From assembly GCA_030647415.1 (NCBI GenBank), contig JAUSKB010000026.1, positions 10,894-74,893 on the forward strand: 64,000 bases of DNA. The letters are read 5' to 3'. Numbering within the stretch: position 1 is the first letter of the stretch; the number at the start of each line of letters is the position of its first letter. Below the pieces are notes generated by a model. The model did no database searches. It had not been told where the DNA came from and saw only the letters and a list, made by a program, of their open reading frames with translations. This DNA is from a bacterium (GTDB taxonomy: Bacteria; Patescibacteriota; Minisyncoccia; UBA6257; GWB1-50-10). Both the position numbers and the translations under genes were made by a program. Shown piece by piece: positions 55,155 to 64,000 of this stretch.

Positions 55155-56267
55155 TTACACCCATCCGGTAAGGTGCGCCACCTCGTAGGCGATGGCGGCG
55201 AGGAAGATGGGAACCAGGAGCCAGCTTGCGAACCGCCACGGATGGTGTGGGAAGGCGCGACGCCACATCATGACAATGAAGATGCCCTCGAGCGAGAGGA
55301 AGACGCCGCCCGCAAACCCGATTGCAGTAAAAAACTCTCGTACGCCGGCGACATAGAGCGCGAGCGGGGCGGCAATAGCAACCGTCGCGGCGAGCGCCTT
55401 CTTCCACCGCAGGTCGCGCTCGAGGGTTTCCTCTACGTTCACGCCGATAATCACGTACGAGGTCCAGAGGGTTACCAGACCGAGCGTGCCTAGGGTAACC
55501 GGAAGCCATGGTGCGGCGCCCACAAGGCTCGAAACCGCGTCCGGCCCCGCAGCGGGCGCGAGCCGGAGCACGCCGACCACGAAGGCGAGGTAGATGACCG
55601 CGGGGAGTGCCGTTCCCCACGCGATGACGCGCCCGAGCGGGAACGGCTTGCCGCTCGCCCGAACGGCGCGTGCCAGCTCCACCGCTTTCCCCACCGCGGG
55701 ACGGCCGGCGAACGCGAAGAGGAATGGTCCAAAGGGGAGGAGAAATACGCCGAGGGAGAGGGGCTGCGCAAGCGGCGCAGTAAACGGCGCGGCGGGGACG
55801 GCGAGCACGGCAAGGACGATCGCAAGAATTGCGACGACACCTATCGCCTCGCCCCAGCCAAGCCATGAGGTTTTGAGAAAGAGTGCGACGGACCCGAGCG
55901 CCCAGAAGACCACCGCACCGACGATCCCCATGCCCGGCAGGACGAGCTCAACAAACGCCGGGGCGAGGATGAGGTAGATGGTGAGAACTAGGACAAGCTC
56001 AAGGAGAATGATGCCACCTGCAGTAGGCGCCATCCGGCGTGGCAGATAGGCCTCCGCAAGCTTCACAAACTGCCCGCTATCGACGCGTGTCTCAAGGAGC
56101 GCCGCGTACATGCGATGGATCGCCACATACACGCCCGCAAACGCAACGAGATAGAGAGCGCTTGTCCCGAGGCCAAGCGTTCGAACTACGAAGGGCAGGG
56201 AGAACATCCCTGCCCCGATGATGGTGCCGGAGAGGAGCGCGACGGCAAGAAAGCGTGGAAATTTCAT
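55155..56267 (-). CDS. Aromatic amino acid permease family protein
   Basis: GTIIGAGMFSLPF, multiple TMs. Confidence 0.85.
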   Translation of the reverse strand: MKFPRFLAVALLSGTIIGAGMFSLPFVVRTLGLGTSALYLVAFAGVYVAIHRMYAALLETRVDSGQFVKLAEAYLPRRMAPTAGGIILLELVLVLTIYLILAPAFVELVLPGMGIVGAVVFWALGSVALFLKTSWLGWGEAIGVVAILAIVLAVLAVPAAPFTAPLAQPLSLGVFLLPFGPFLFAFAGRPAVGKAVELARAVRASGKPFPLGRVIAWGTALPAVIYLAFVVGVLRLAPAAGPDAVSSLVGAAPWLPVTLGTLGLVTLWTSYVIIGVNVEETLERDLRWKKALAATVAIAAPLALYVAGVREFFTAIGFAGGVFLSLEGIFIVMMWRRAFPHHPWRFASWLLVPIFLAAIAYEVAHLTGWV

Positions 56268-56286
56268 GGGGAAGAACTGAAACCAA

Positions 56287-56322
56287 GAGGCGAAACCTCG
56301 GGGAACCTTGAGGTTTCGCCTC
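56287..56322. repeat. REP-like palindrome
   Basis: GAGGCGAAACCTC-GGGGAACCTT-GAGGTTTCGCCTC. Confidence 0.85.
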
Positions 56323-56350
56323 GTATGTATCCCGTTCCCAGTATCCGAAT

Positions 56351-56683
56351 CTAGGACTTATCTGTCAGGTATACTTTGTTCCCCTCATGCACCTTCTCCT
56401 TCACCTTGATGCCGATCTCCTGCGCCTTCTTCGCGACCGCGATGGGCTGGTGGTCGTACTGCATGGAGGCGATGGGTTGCGTAAAATCGGTGTGCGCTCC
56501 GAGGAACCGCACAGTCGCTCCGACCTTCACCGGCTTCGAGAACTTCACGATGCCGACCGAGATGTGGTCAAAGAAGTGCGTGACAATGCCGATGGGTTTG
56601 CCGAGCTTCGGCTTCGGTTGTGCCGCCGGACGCTTCGCCGCGGTCTTCCGTGCTGGTTGCTTCGTCTTTTTTACCGTTGCCAT
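56351..56683 (-). CDS. Small translation-factor-like beta-barrel protein
   Basis: IGIVTHFFDHISVG...TDFTQPIASMQ...IGIKV. Confidence 0.7.
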   Translation of the reverse strand: MATVKKTKQPARKTAAKRPAAQPKPKLGKPIGIVTHFFDHISVGIVKFSKPVKVGATVRFLGAHTDFTQPIASMQYDHQPIAVAKKAQEIGIKVKEKVHEGNKVYLTDKS

Positions 56684-56858
56684 ACGATTATGATACCAAT
56701 ATACCTGCCCGCAATGCTACGCATAGCGTTGCAGGCGGGCGAATGGTACGAATGATGCTAATCATACGAATAGATACCAATTAGTATTATTCGTATCATT
56801 TCCGCCTGAGGCGGATCGGCCTTCGGCGGACGCATGAATTAGCATATTAGTATCGCAC

Positions 56859-57653
56859 TTACAATATTCGACCTTTGACGCCGTTCTTCTTTTCATCACG
56901 TTCGATAAGGTCAAGAACGCGGTCTATGAGGTCGCCGGGATCTTCCGAGTAGACGACGTTGCCGGAACCGCGGTGCGCCGCCTCGATGATTTGCGGCAGG
57001 AGGTTCGTGGTGCCACCGGCGCCCGTGAGGACCCCTTGCGGCTTGTCATCCTCGAACGCATCAGTGAACTCGTTCAGGGTACCCATGCGGCCGCACATCG
57101 TTATGAGCGCGTCCGATGAGCGGGTGAAAAGGAGATTTCTGCCCGAGTAGCCGAACCCGGTATAGATGACGAGGTCGTGGTAGTCGAGTGGGAGGCGATA
57201 CGTCTTCACGTGCGCCGCTTTCGATGAGGCGGGCGAGAGACCGATGACGATGCCGCCTTCCGCCTTCGCGCCTTTCGCCGCCCAGTACGGCAGGCCGGTT
57301 GTCGCGCCGGTTATGAGTACCATGCCGCGCTTCGCAATCTCCCGACCGACCTGCTCGGCCTTCTCGATGGCGTCGGCGTTGCAGTGGCTCGTCTCCGCGG
57401 CACCCGAAACACCAATTTTGTACCGGAGGTGGTGTGCGTGGAGGTTATGGTTTGTCGGTTTCGCACCGACCGCGGCGTCGGTCGCAGCGGGGTGCCGCCC
57501 CTCGGTTACCGTCGCGCCATCCGATTTTCCGCGAGCCCGCTCCGCCGGAGCTTGAGCGAGGCGAGCTGGCGGACGAAGGTTCGCCTCGTTTCCCGGAATC
57601 CCGGTGGCGGGAGACGCCCCATCTATCATTCGATGTGTTTGTGGCATGGTCAC
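56859..57653 (-). CDS. LOG/SLOG-family nucleotide-binding protein
   Basis: IGVSGAA, TGATTGLP, GRN, GTLNE; start uncertain. Confidence 0.8.
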   Translation of the reverse strand: MTMPQTHRMIDGASPATGIPGNEANLRPPARLAQAPAERARGKSDGATVTEGRHPAATDAAVGAKPTNHNLHAHHLRYKIGVSGAAETSHCNADAIEKAEQVGREIAKRGMVLITGATTGLPYWAAKGAKAEGGIVIGLSPASSKAAHVKTYRLPLDYHDLVIYTGFGYSGRNLLFTRSSDALITMCGRMGTLNEFTDAFEDDKPQGVLTGAGGTTNLLPQIIEAAHRGSGNVVYSEDPGDLIDRVLDLIERDEKKNGVKGRIL

Positions 57654-57656
57654 TCG

Positions 57657-59024
57657 CTATGATAGCACCGCGCTGTCGCCGAGAGAAGGAACGACGGCAT
57701 CAACCGCGAATTCGTCGCGGATTTTCTGCGCAAGCGGTTCCGCCTGGTCCGCATCGCCCTGTACAACAAAGGCGCGGGTGAGCGTGAGTCGGAGCGGCTC
57801 CACCCATCGCAAGAGCTGCGGCTGGTCCGCGTGTGCCGAGTAGCCGGAGAGGGAGTACTTCCTCGCACGCACCGGCACTGTCTCCCCAAATATCTTTACC
57901 GTCTCGGCACCCTCGAGTACCATGCGACCCAAGGACCCCACCCCCTGGTACCCGATGAAGAGAATGGCGCTTTTCGGGTCCGATAGGTACCGGCGCTCGT
58001 GGTGGAGAATTCGCCCGCCGTTCGACATGCCGGCGCCGGCCACGATGACCTTTGGGGGCGACACTTCGTTGATCTGCTTCGATTCTTCCGTCGTGAGCGT
58101 GAGCCGGAGTCCGGGGAAGTTGAAAATATTCTCCCCATCTCTGATGAGCTCCACCGCATGCTCATTGAAGTAGGTGTGGTCGCGCGCGTACTTCTGGTAG
58201 ATCGCGGTGAGCTTGATGGCGAGCGGGCTGTCGATGAACACCGGCACCGTGGGCACGCGGCCGTGCTCGATGAGCTGGTTCAGCTCGAAAAGGAGCTCCT
58301 GCGTGCGTTCGAGGGCGAAGGCGGGAATCATAAGCGTGCCGCCCGCGGCCGCCGTGTTTTCGATGACGTCTTCCAGGATGTCGCGGCGCCGGTCAAGCTC
58401 CTCATGCACGCGGCCGCCGTATGTGGATTCGACGAGCACATAGTCCGCGTCCGTGAAATACTCGACCGGATTGATGAGCGGCTCCGGCATATTACCAAGG
58501 TCGCCCGAGAAGACGATGCGCTTGCCGCCTGCCTCGACGAGAATCGAAGCGGAACCGAGAATGTGGCCTGCATCGTACAGGGTCGCGGTGATGTCGCCGA
58601 CCGTAATCGGCTCGTGGTACGGCACCTTCCGCCAAATCGAGAGCGTAGTAGCCACGTCCTCCACGCGGTAAAGCGGAGCGTGCTTCTTTTTCCTTGCCTC
58701 TTCCTCAAGGAGGTGCTCGGAATCAAGGAGGAGGAACTCGGCAACGTCCTTCGTGGGCGGCGTGGAGTAGATGGGGCAGGTGAGCCCCGCCTTCACCAGC
58801 TGTGGCAACCGCCCGATGTGGTCTACGTGCCCGTGCGTAATGAAAACCGCGTCAATTGACTTCGGGTCGTACGGGAACGGCTCGTAATTGTGCCGCTCGC
58901 CGAAGCTCGACCCCTGGTGGAGACCGCAATCAACGAGAATTTTCGTGGTCTCGGTCTCAAGGAGGTAGTTTGACCCGGTCGTGCCGCCGCAACCGCCGCA
59001 GAAGGTAAGTGTGGGGGGTTTCAT
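57657..59024 (-). CDS. MBL-fold beta-CASP ribonuclease
   Basis: THGHVDHIG, AGHILGS, ESTYG, GM..GGR, YSAHAD. Confidence 0.92.
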   Translation of the reverse strand: MKPPTLTFCGGCGGTTGSNYLLETETTKILVDCGLHQGSSFGERHNYEPFPYDPKSIDAVFITHGHVDHIGRLPQLVKAGLTCPIYSTPPTKDVAEFLLLDSEHLLEEEARKKKHAPLYRVEDVATTLSIWRKVPYHEPITVGDITATLYDAGHILGSASILVEAGGKRIVFSGDLGNMPEPLINPVEYFTDADYVLVESTYGGRVHEELDRRRDILEDVIENTAAAGGTLMIPAFALERTQELLFELNQLIEHGRVPTVPVFIDSPLAIKLTAIYQKYARDHTYFNEHAVELIRDGENIFNFPGLRLTLTTEESKQINEVSPPKVIVAGAGMSNGGRILHHERRYLSDPKSAILFIGYQGVGSLGRMVLEGAETVKIFGETVPVRARKYSLSGYSAHADQPQLLRWVEPLRLTLTRAFVVQGDADQAEPLAQKIRDEFAVDAVVPSLGDSAVLS

Positions 59025-59130
59025 GAGCGTGTGTTCATTCTAGCGGAACTTGTACCGCTTTCCCATCACATCCGATTGACACGCGTCTAATTGCAAGCGA
59101 TTATGCACACTAGAACATCTTGGAGGGGTT

Positions 59131-59400
59131 ATGATATTCGAACTCATCGGCGGAGTGGTGGTCTTCGGGGCATTACTCGTCGTCGGGTACGCCTCGGCGA
59201 TCAACAACGTGGCGGCGAGATATTCGTTTGCGGCGTGCGTCACCGCGTCGACACTCATTGGGATACTTTTGCTCTTCGCGTTCCGGTTCGTCTTCGGCAA
59301 TCATTGGGAAGCAGACGCAGCCGCAGGGGCAATCTTCGTCGGATTTGTCATCGGCGACGTCGTGATGGCCATTCGAAAGAGGGGTTTGCGCATGCGGTAG
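59131..59400 (+). CDS. Hypothetical three-TM protein
   Basis: SD GGAGG; hydrophobic. Confidence 0.7.
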   Translation: MIFELIGGVVVFGALLVVGYASAINNVAARYSFAACVTASTLIGILLLFAFRFVFGNHWEADAAAGAIFVGFVIGDVVMAIRKRGLRMR

Positions 59401-59428
59401 AAGACTTCAGCCCCCACCGGGGGCTGAT

Positions 59429-60667
59429 TCATTTCTTCATCGCGGCGAGCTCCTCCTCTGCCACCTGCCGCTCGTTCCACGGGACCGTCTCGCCGTTCGC
59501 GATGCGGATCACGGTCTCACTCCCCTTCCCGGTTAGCACAACTGCGTCGCCGGGCCGCGCGAGATGAAATGCTTTCCGGATGGCCATACGGCGGTCCAGG
59601 ATGCGGAAGGTCTGGTCCTCCCGCAGTCGCCGGGGCGAGGCGTCCAAAAATCCCCGCGCGATGGCGTCTAAAATTCGCTCCGGCACCTCGTCGAACGGGT
59701 CCTCGTTCGTCAAAACCACCACGTCGCACGCTTCGGCGGCGATTTTTCCCATGACCGGCCGTTTCCACGCGTCACGACCTCCTGCCGCCGACCCAAAAAC
59801 GCCAATGAGGCGAGTGCCGGGGGCGAGCAACGAACGAACCGCGCCGTAGATGGCGAGGAACGAATCGGGCGTGTGTGCGTAGTCCACGATGACCTGAAAC
59901 GGCTCTGTCTGCACGCGCTCGAACCGGCCCGCGAGACCGCGGAACGACTGGAGTGCGGCGACGATGGCCGCTTCAGGCGCCCCGAGCGCCTCGGCGACCG
60001 CCGCCGCCGCGGCCACATTCTGCATGTTGAACGGCGCGGCAAGCCACACATTCGCCTCGGCCGCCGAACGAACTGCCGCAGAGAGGTCGGCGGGACTGAA
60101 CCGTGTCACCGCATGCCCCGGCACGGACCGAGCGACATCCTCGAAATGCCTTACGTTCGCATCATCCGCGTTCACCGCAAACCGCCGAACCCGCTTCGCG
60201 GAGGACGCAAGCGACCGGAAGAAATCGAGCTTCGCCCCACGGTACGCCTCGAAGGAGCCGTGCGATTCCACGTGCTCCGGCGAGAGATTGTTGAATACGG
60301 CAACGTCCCAATCGATGAACCGGTGCCGGTGTTGCCGGATACCCTCGGAGGACACTTCGATGAGGGCGTGCGTCGCGCCGGCGGCGGCCGCGTCGCGGAG
60401 GAAGTGTTGGAGGCGGCCGCGCCCCGGCATGGTATTGCCGTACGGGTTCGCGCCCGTCTCATCGGCGATGATGCGGTGCACAGTCGAAAGGAGCGCCGGG
60501 CGCCGGTGGTCCGCAAGAAGCATCGCGCGGATGAGCTCGAGCACGGTGGACTTGCCCTTCGTCCCGGTCACCCCGACCACGACGAGCTTCCGGCCCGGCC
60601 GGCCGTACCAGACGGCCCCCGCGAATGCGAAGAAGAGGTGGTAGCTGTTGAGTAGTTTCCGGTACAT
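59429..60667 (-). CDS. murE: MurE-type Mur ligase
   Basis: GVTGTKGKST, EVSS, NLSPEH, GRFE, VDYAHTPDS, GKG. Confidence 0.88.
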   Translation of the reverse strand: MYRKLLNSYHLFFAFAGAVWYGRPGRKLVVVGVTGTKGKSTVLELIRAMLLADHRRPALLSTVHRIIADETGANPYGNTMPGRGRLQHFLRDAAAAGATHALIEVSSEGIRQHRHRFIDWDVAVFNNLSPEHVESHGSFEAYRGAKLDFFRSLASSAKRVRRFAVNADDANVRHFEDVARSVPGHAVTRFSPADLSAAVRSAAEANVWLAAPFNMQNVAAAAAVAEALGAPEAAIVAALQSFRGLAGRFERVQTEPFQVIVDYAHTPDSFLAIYGAVRSLLAPGTRLIGVFGSAAGGRDAWKRPVMGKIAAEACDVVVLTNEDPFDEVPERILDAIARGFLDASPRRLREDQTFRILDRRMAIRKAFHLARPGDAVVLTGKGSETVIRIANGETVPWNERQVAEEELAAMKK

Positions 60668-60669
60668 TT

Positions 60670-60774
60670 ACCCTGTTAGAAGTTTACATACACTCATAGC
60701 GTGCGGATTACGTGTATTTCTTGAAACAGTACTGTGTTTATGGATACCGTGTGCGCGTAAACTTCTAACAGGGT
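60670..60774. mobile_element. MITE-like element, copy C
   Basis: ACCCTGTTAGAAGTTTAC / GTAAACTTCTAACAGGGT, perfect 18-bp IR, 105 bp. Confidence 0.7.
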
Positions 60775-60794
60775 GAATCTCCTTTTTCCTTTTT

Positions 60795-60899
60795 ACCCTG
60801 TTAGAGATTTGCACGCACACCACTTGCTATATACGTTTATGTACCAGTACGAACAGAATATGCAGTGCATAAAGATTGTATGCAAATCTCTAACAGGGT
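60795..60899. mobile_element. MITE-like element, copy D
   Basis: ACCCTGTTAGAGATTTGCA / TGCAAATCTCTAACAGGGT, perfect 19-bp IR, 105 bp. Confidence 0.7.
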
Positions 60900-60911
60900 G
60901 AATCTTTTTTC

Positions 60912-61517
60912 TTATTTCCTCCCCAGCATCTTTAACGCCTCCTTCAGCCGCGCCTCGGTGGTGGTGCCGCCTGCCCCGACGGCACCGTCGGGGTCCGCCG
61001 ACCCGAGCTGTTCAATCGCGTGCCGCGCCTCCGCCCGCTGGTACCCGAGCATCACGAGCGCCTCCTCTACTTCGAGGTTCACGTCCATGGACTTCGTGCG
61101 CTCCATTGCGCCCACGAGCGCCACGCGGCTCTGGAGCTCGAGCACGATGCGCTCCGCCGTCCGCTTCCCGATGCCGGACGCCCGCGCGAGGAGGTCGGTT
61201 CGCCGCTCGAGGATGGCCGCCTGGATATTCGGCACCGTGTCGAGGTCGAGGATGCCGAGCGCCGTCTTCGGCCCCACGCCGGAGACAGAAATAAGCAGGT
61301 CAAAAAGCTTGAGCGACTGCTCATCCGGGAAGCCATAGAGGTCAAGCGCGTCCTCCTTCACCGCGAGGTGGGTGTAGAGGGTGACCTCCGCGCCCGTCAT
61401 CGGAAGACCCGCGAGCGTCTTTCCGCCCGCAAACACCTTGTACCCCACGCCGCCGCACGAAACGACCGCGAAGGTCTCGCCTCGTCCCGCGAGCGTCCCC
61501 GTGAGCTGGTGGATCAT
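60912..61517 (-). CDS. ruvA: Holliday junction branch migration protein RuvA
   Basis: GGVGY, VKEDALDLYGF, VSGVGPKTAL, GIGKRTAERIVLEL. Confidence 0.96.
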   Translation of the reverse strand: MIHQLTGTLAGRGETFAVVSCGGVGYKVFAGGKTLAGLPMTGAEVTLYTHLAVKEDALDLYGFPDEQSLKLFDLLISVSGVGPKTALGILDLDTVPNIQAAILERRTDLLARASGIGKRTAERIVLELQSRVALVGAMERTKSMDVNLEVEEALVMLGYQRAEARHAIEQLGSADPDGAVGAGGTTTEARLKEALKMLGRK

Positions 61518-61626
61518 ACCTTCAGTATAGGCGGATAGCGCTCATGCGCGGAATATTGACAATTTACAAGTATAAAAGTATAATACAAAGCAGATTCATT
61601 CACCAAAAACAAATATTGGAGGTTGT

Positions 61627-62133
61627 ATGAAAAAATGGTTGAAGCGGACGGCGGTAGCAATCCTCGCCCTTGTTGCGTACGTGAACATTGGACATTTAGT
61701 CAATGAGGGCGTGTGGCGAATGCATTTTTACGCGAAAGAAGCGCCAGTATCTTTCGTGATATTCCCGGCCCCCCAGATGTTCGGGGTCGGAAATGTCAGT
61801 TTCGGAAAACTTGGAGGGCAGATGCGAAACGGTGCTGGGACTTTTGAAGAATATCGGGATCTCCCCTTAGGTGGTAAGTGGATGGGCGTGTTTGTATGGC
61901 CCATCACTCTTGTAGTGTTCTGGGGTGTAGCAATTATTTGCTGGATCGTCCAAGTGCTGTTATGGGCATGGGATGGGATAGTTCTTGCGCTCTCGTTCCT
62001 GTTCTCGGGAGAATTGGTTGAGTTAATGGTGCAAATCGGGTTCTGGTGGAATCTGATCGCCATCATGATGGTCGCGACGATCATTCGCTTGTTATACCAG
62101 GTATTTAAAAAAAATGCGAGCGAGCAGAGATGA
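61627..62133 (+). CDS. Hypothetical membrane protein
   Basis: TTGACA-17-TATAAT promoter (61556-61584), SD GGAGG, several TMs. Confidence 0.75.
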   Translation: MKKWLKRTAVAILALVAYVNIGHLVNEGVWRMHFYAKEAPVSFVIFPAPQMFGVGNVSFGKLGGQMRNGAGTFEEYRDLPLGGKWMGVFVWPITLVVFWGVAIICWIVQVLLWAWDGIVLALSFLFSGELVELMVQIGFWWNLIAIMMVATIIRLLYQVFKKNASEQR

Positions 62134-62339
62134 GGTGTAGACAGTTCGCCCACCGGAATCCGGCGGGCGAATCATTTTCATGCTGGTTGAATTTGACCCC
62201 GTATAGAGTTTTACGCACGCACCGTGGCGTGCATAGGCGTTGGCTCATAAACCAGTCGGGCGCTTTGGGTGGGATGGAAACGTAAAACTCCGACGGGTGT
62301 TTGACTTCACGCCCCACATCCGGTTTAATGGACGGTGAT

Positions 62340-62600
62340 ATGCCACGAACCAAGACCGCCAAAAAGGAGCTCCGGAAGAACGTCCGCCGGCGGGCGCAAA
62401 ACCTCTCCCGCCAGAAGCGCATGCGCACTTCGGTGAAGACCTACCAGAAGCTCGTCATCGCGGGAGACCTTGATGGCGCTCGCGCCAACCTGCCGCAGGT
62501 CATGCAGACCTTGGACAAGCTCGCGAAGGTGGGGTACATCAAGCGCGGGAAGGCGGACCGCATGAAATCGAGGCTCGCAAAAAAACTCAAGGCAAAATAG
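62340..62600 (+). CDS. rpsT: 30S ribosomal protein S20
   Basis: MPRTKTAKKELRKNVRRRAQN...LDKLAKVGYIK...KSRL. Confidence 0.95.
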   Translation: MPRTKTAKKELRKNVRRRAQNLSRQKRMRTSVKTYQKLVIAGDLDGARANLPQVMQTLDKLAKVGYIKRGKADRMKSRLAKKLKAK

Positions 62601-62763
62601 GAAAAATTCGACACAAAGAAAAATCCCGCACGTGCGGGTTTTTCTTCGGTTACCATAATACTATTTCTCGGCACGGTTATCTTATATGCACACCAAATAA
62701 AATATTGCAGTGGAGAAAATTTAAATTAAGAATCATCTGGGCTCGTGTGCCCTCCTTCAAATT

Positions 62764-62991
62764 TTAAACTCCCCCACCTTCTAATAATCTCTTACGAATC
62801 TCTTCTCTCCGAACCGAGGCAGCATTATCTGAAATTGGAGCACCAGCCTCCACCTCTTCTGCACTCTGCCGGTCGTGAAGCGCCCTAGTTTCATCCTCCA
62901 TTTTACGGAGAGTCTCTTTCTCCTCTTCCGAGAGTTCTTGCTTTTTCAGCCCGCCATCACGAATAATTTCTCCAAACTTATTTGAGGGCAT
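62764..62991 (-). CDS. Hypothetical small acidic protein
   Basis: MPSNKFGE...; TACTAT -10 just upstream; purine-rich coding pattern. Confidence 0.5.
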   Translation of the reverse strand: MPSNKFGEIIRDGGLKKQELSEEEKETLRKMEDETRALHDRQSAEEVEAGAPISDNAASVRREEIRKRLLEGGGV

Positions 62992-63167
62992 GAGGATAGT
63001 ATATGCACGACTGTACGGTTTTTCAACGGTATGTTTGTGGCTTCGTGCACGGTACGAGCCGAGCTTGGGACGTACCCACATTGATACGTTACTGTGTTGC
63101 GGTAGGTGTTCGGATTTCAAGGGGAACCTCGGTCCGTCGCTAATATATGCCGCGCTCACCGATTCCA

Positions 63168-63203
63168 TTTTCTCGTATAGGACGGCAGTCCTATACGAGA
63201 AAA
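63168..63203. promoter_or_regulatory. GACGGCnGTC palindrome downstream of Cas2-like gene copy 2
   Basis: TTTTCTCGTATAGGAC-GGCA-GTCCTATACGAGAAAA. Confidence 0.75.
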
Positions 63204-63258
63204 AAGATTGAAAGAGATGAGTAGATTGTAAACCTAAATCAATCTTCGGTTCCCCCTC

Positions 63259-63894
63259 CTATCGCGTCCGGTCCCTGAGCGTCCCCTCCCTCCCCACCTC
63301 GAAGATCTCCAGATGATGCAGTACGCCGAGCTCGCGGGCATCCTTCAGGAACTGGTCCGGCAGGGGCTTAGTGCCCAGCCACATGCTCTGGTGGACCTTG
63401 CGGTACCCGTGGTTTATGAGCACCTCACGGACCCAGGCGCGCTTCCACCGCTCGCGCTCGGGGATGTCATAGGAGACGATAGTGATGACGGTGCGCCCGG
63501 GCTCCGGTGCGTACGAGTGGGGGTTTGGAGTTAAAGTGACCGTGCGTCGCTCGCGCTCGCGAATCCCTCGAATACTGAGCTTGAACCGCGCGGCCTCGCC
63601 GCGCTCGCGCTTCTCGACCAGGCCTTCCTGAATGAGTCGGGAAATTGTCCGTAGATACTGTAGACGCGACTTGAGACGCGCTTCGCGAGCCGCGACGCGC
63701 TCGCGATATTTCTGATCCAGTTTCGCGACCGCGCGACCATACCCGGGACGCGGAGTGTACCGCTTCCCGCCGGGTGCGCCCGCGGGCGTCGGCTGGGAGA
63801 GGACGTCCCAAAGCTCCTCGGCAACCCACTCCGCATGGGTGAGTGTAATGAGTACTCGCGTCCTTAGGGAATCCCGAATTCCTCCATGCGCCAT
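63259..63894 (-). CDS. PaaX-like protein (wHTH plus Cas2-like domain), copy 2
   Basis: LIQEGLVE...LSIRG, IVSYDIPERERWKRAWVR, YRKVHQSMW. Confidence 0.8.
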   Translation of the reverse strand: MAHGGIRDSLRTRVLITLTHAEWVAEELWDVLSQPTPAGAPGGKRYTPRPGYGRAVAKLDQKYRERVAAREARLKSRLQYLRTISRLIQEGLVEKRERGEAARFKLSIRGIRERERRTVTLTPNPHSYAPEPGRTVITIVSYDIPERERWKRAWVREVLINHGYRKVHQSMWLGTKPLPDQFLKDARELGVLHHLEIFEVGREGTLRDRTR

Positions 63895-63900
63895 AGGTTC

Positions 63901-63938
63901 ATTTTACCACATAGGACGGCCGTCCTATGTGGTAAAAT
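63901..63938. promoter_or_regulatory. 38-bp perfect palindrome overlapping extended -10 of copy 2
   Basis: ATTTTACCACATAGGACGG|CCGTCCTATGTGGTAAAAT. Confidence 0.85.
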
Positions 63939-64000
63939 GGATATGATAAAGTGCTGTCCACGCTATACCGTGAACTGCACCAACCGGAGACGTTCTACAC

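Noticed and set aside
60670-60899. GTTAGA/TCTAAC elements as attC sites
   Set aside because: Core and inverse-core motifs are in the opposite order to attC and do not fit GTTRRRY
52580-63894. Cas2-like genes as a CRISPR-Cas locus
   Set aside because: No cas1, effector genes or array; N-terminal wHTH indicates the PaaX-like family

Overview
Bacterial chromosomal window that reads like a Patescibacteria/CPR (Parcubacteria-type) genome. This is an inference from gene content and style: IleRS with an inserted histidine-phosphatase domain, TrmB-like regulators, PaaX/Cas2-like orphan genes, a membrane-anchored Clp ATPase, apparently leaderless housekeeping genes and dense REP-like palindromes. The GC-rich backbone (rnj, trpS, ileS, smpB-ssrA, argS, infC-rpmI-rplT, ogt, udg, murE, ruvA, rpsT, tRNA-Arg) is interrupted by accessory blocks. 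Most notable: (1) a non-coding-RNA-rich locus at 7.4-10.8 kb, with a stand-alone ~350-nt RNA showing an SD+AUG in a hairpin loop, a ~700-nt multi-helix leader, and a covarying two-hairpin RNA motif repeated three times in front of small, mostly Cys-rich ORFs; (2) a ~13-kb envelope island (23.3-36.1 kb) with a beta-barrel-like protein, a radical SAM enzyme, two solute-binding/OmpA-like fusions, a vWA lipoprotein, a PspA/ESCRT-III-like coiled coil, an ABC importer and a classical AAA ATPase; (3) two paralogous wHTH+Cas2-like genes, each bracketed on both sides by a related palindrome; (4) several repeat families, some inserted in frame into ileS and ogt, and repeat-bounded cassettes downstream of tmRNA and tRNA-Arg. 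No CRISPR array, rRNA, integrase or transposase gene was seen. All protein calls come from motif recognition by eye; no database search or folding program was run.
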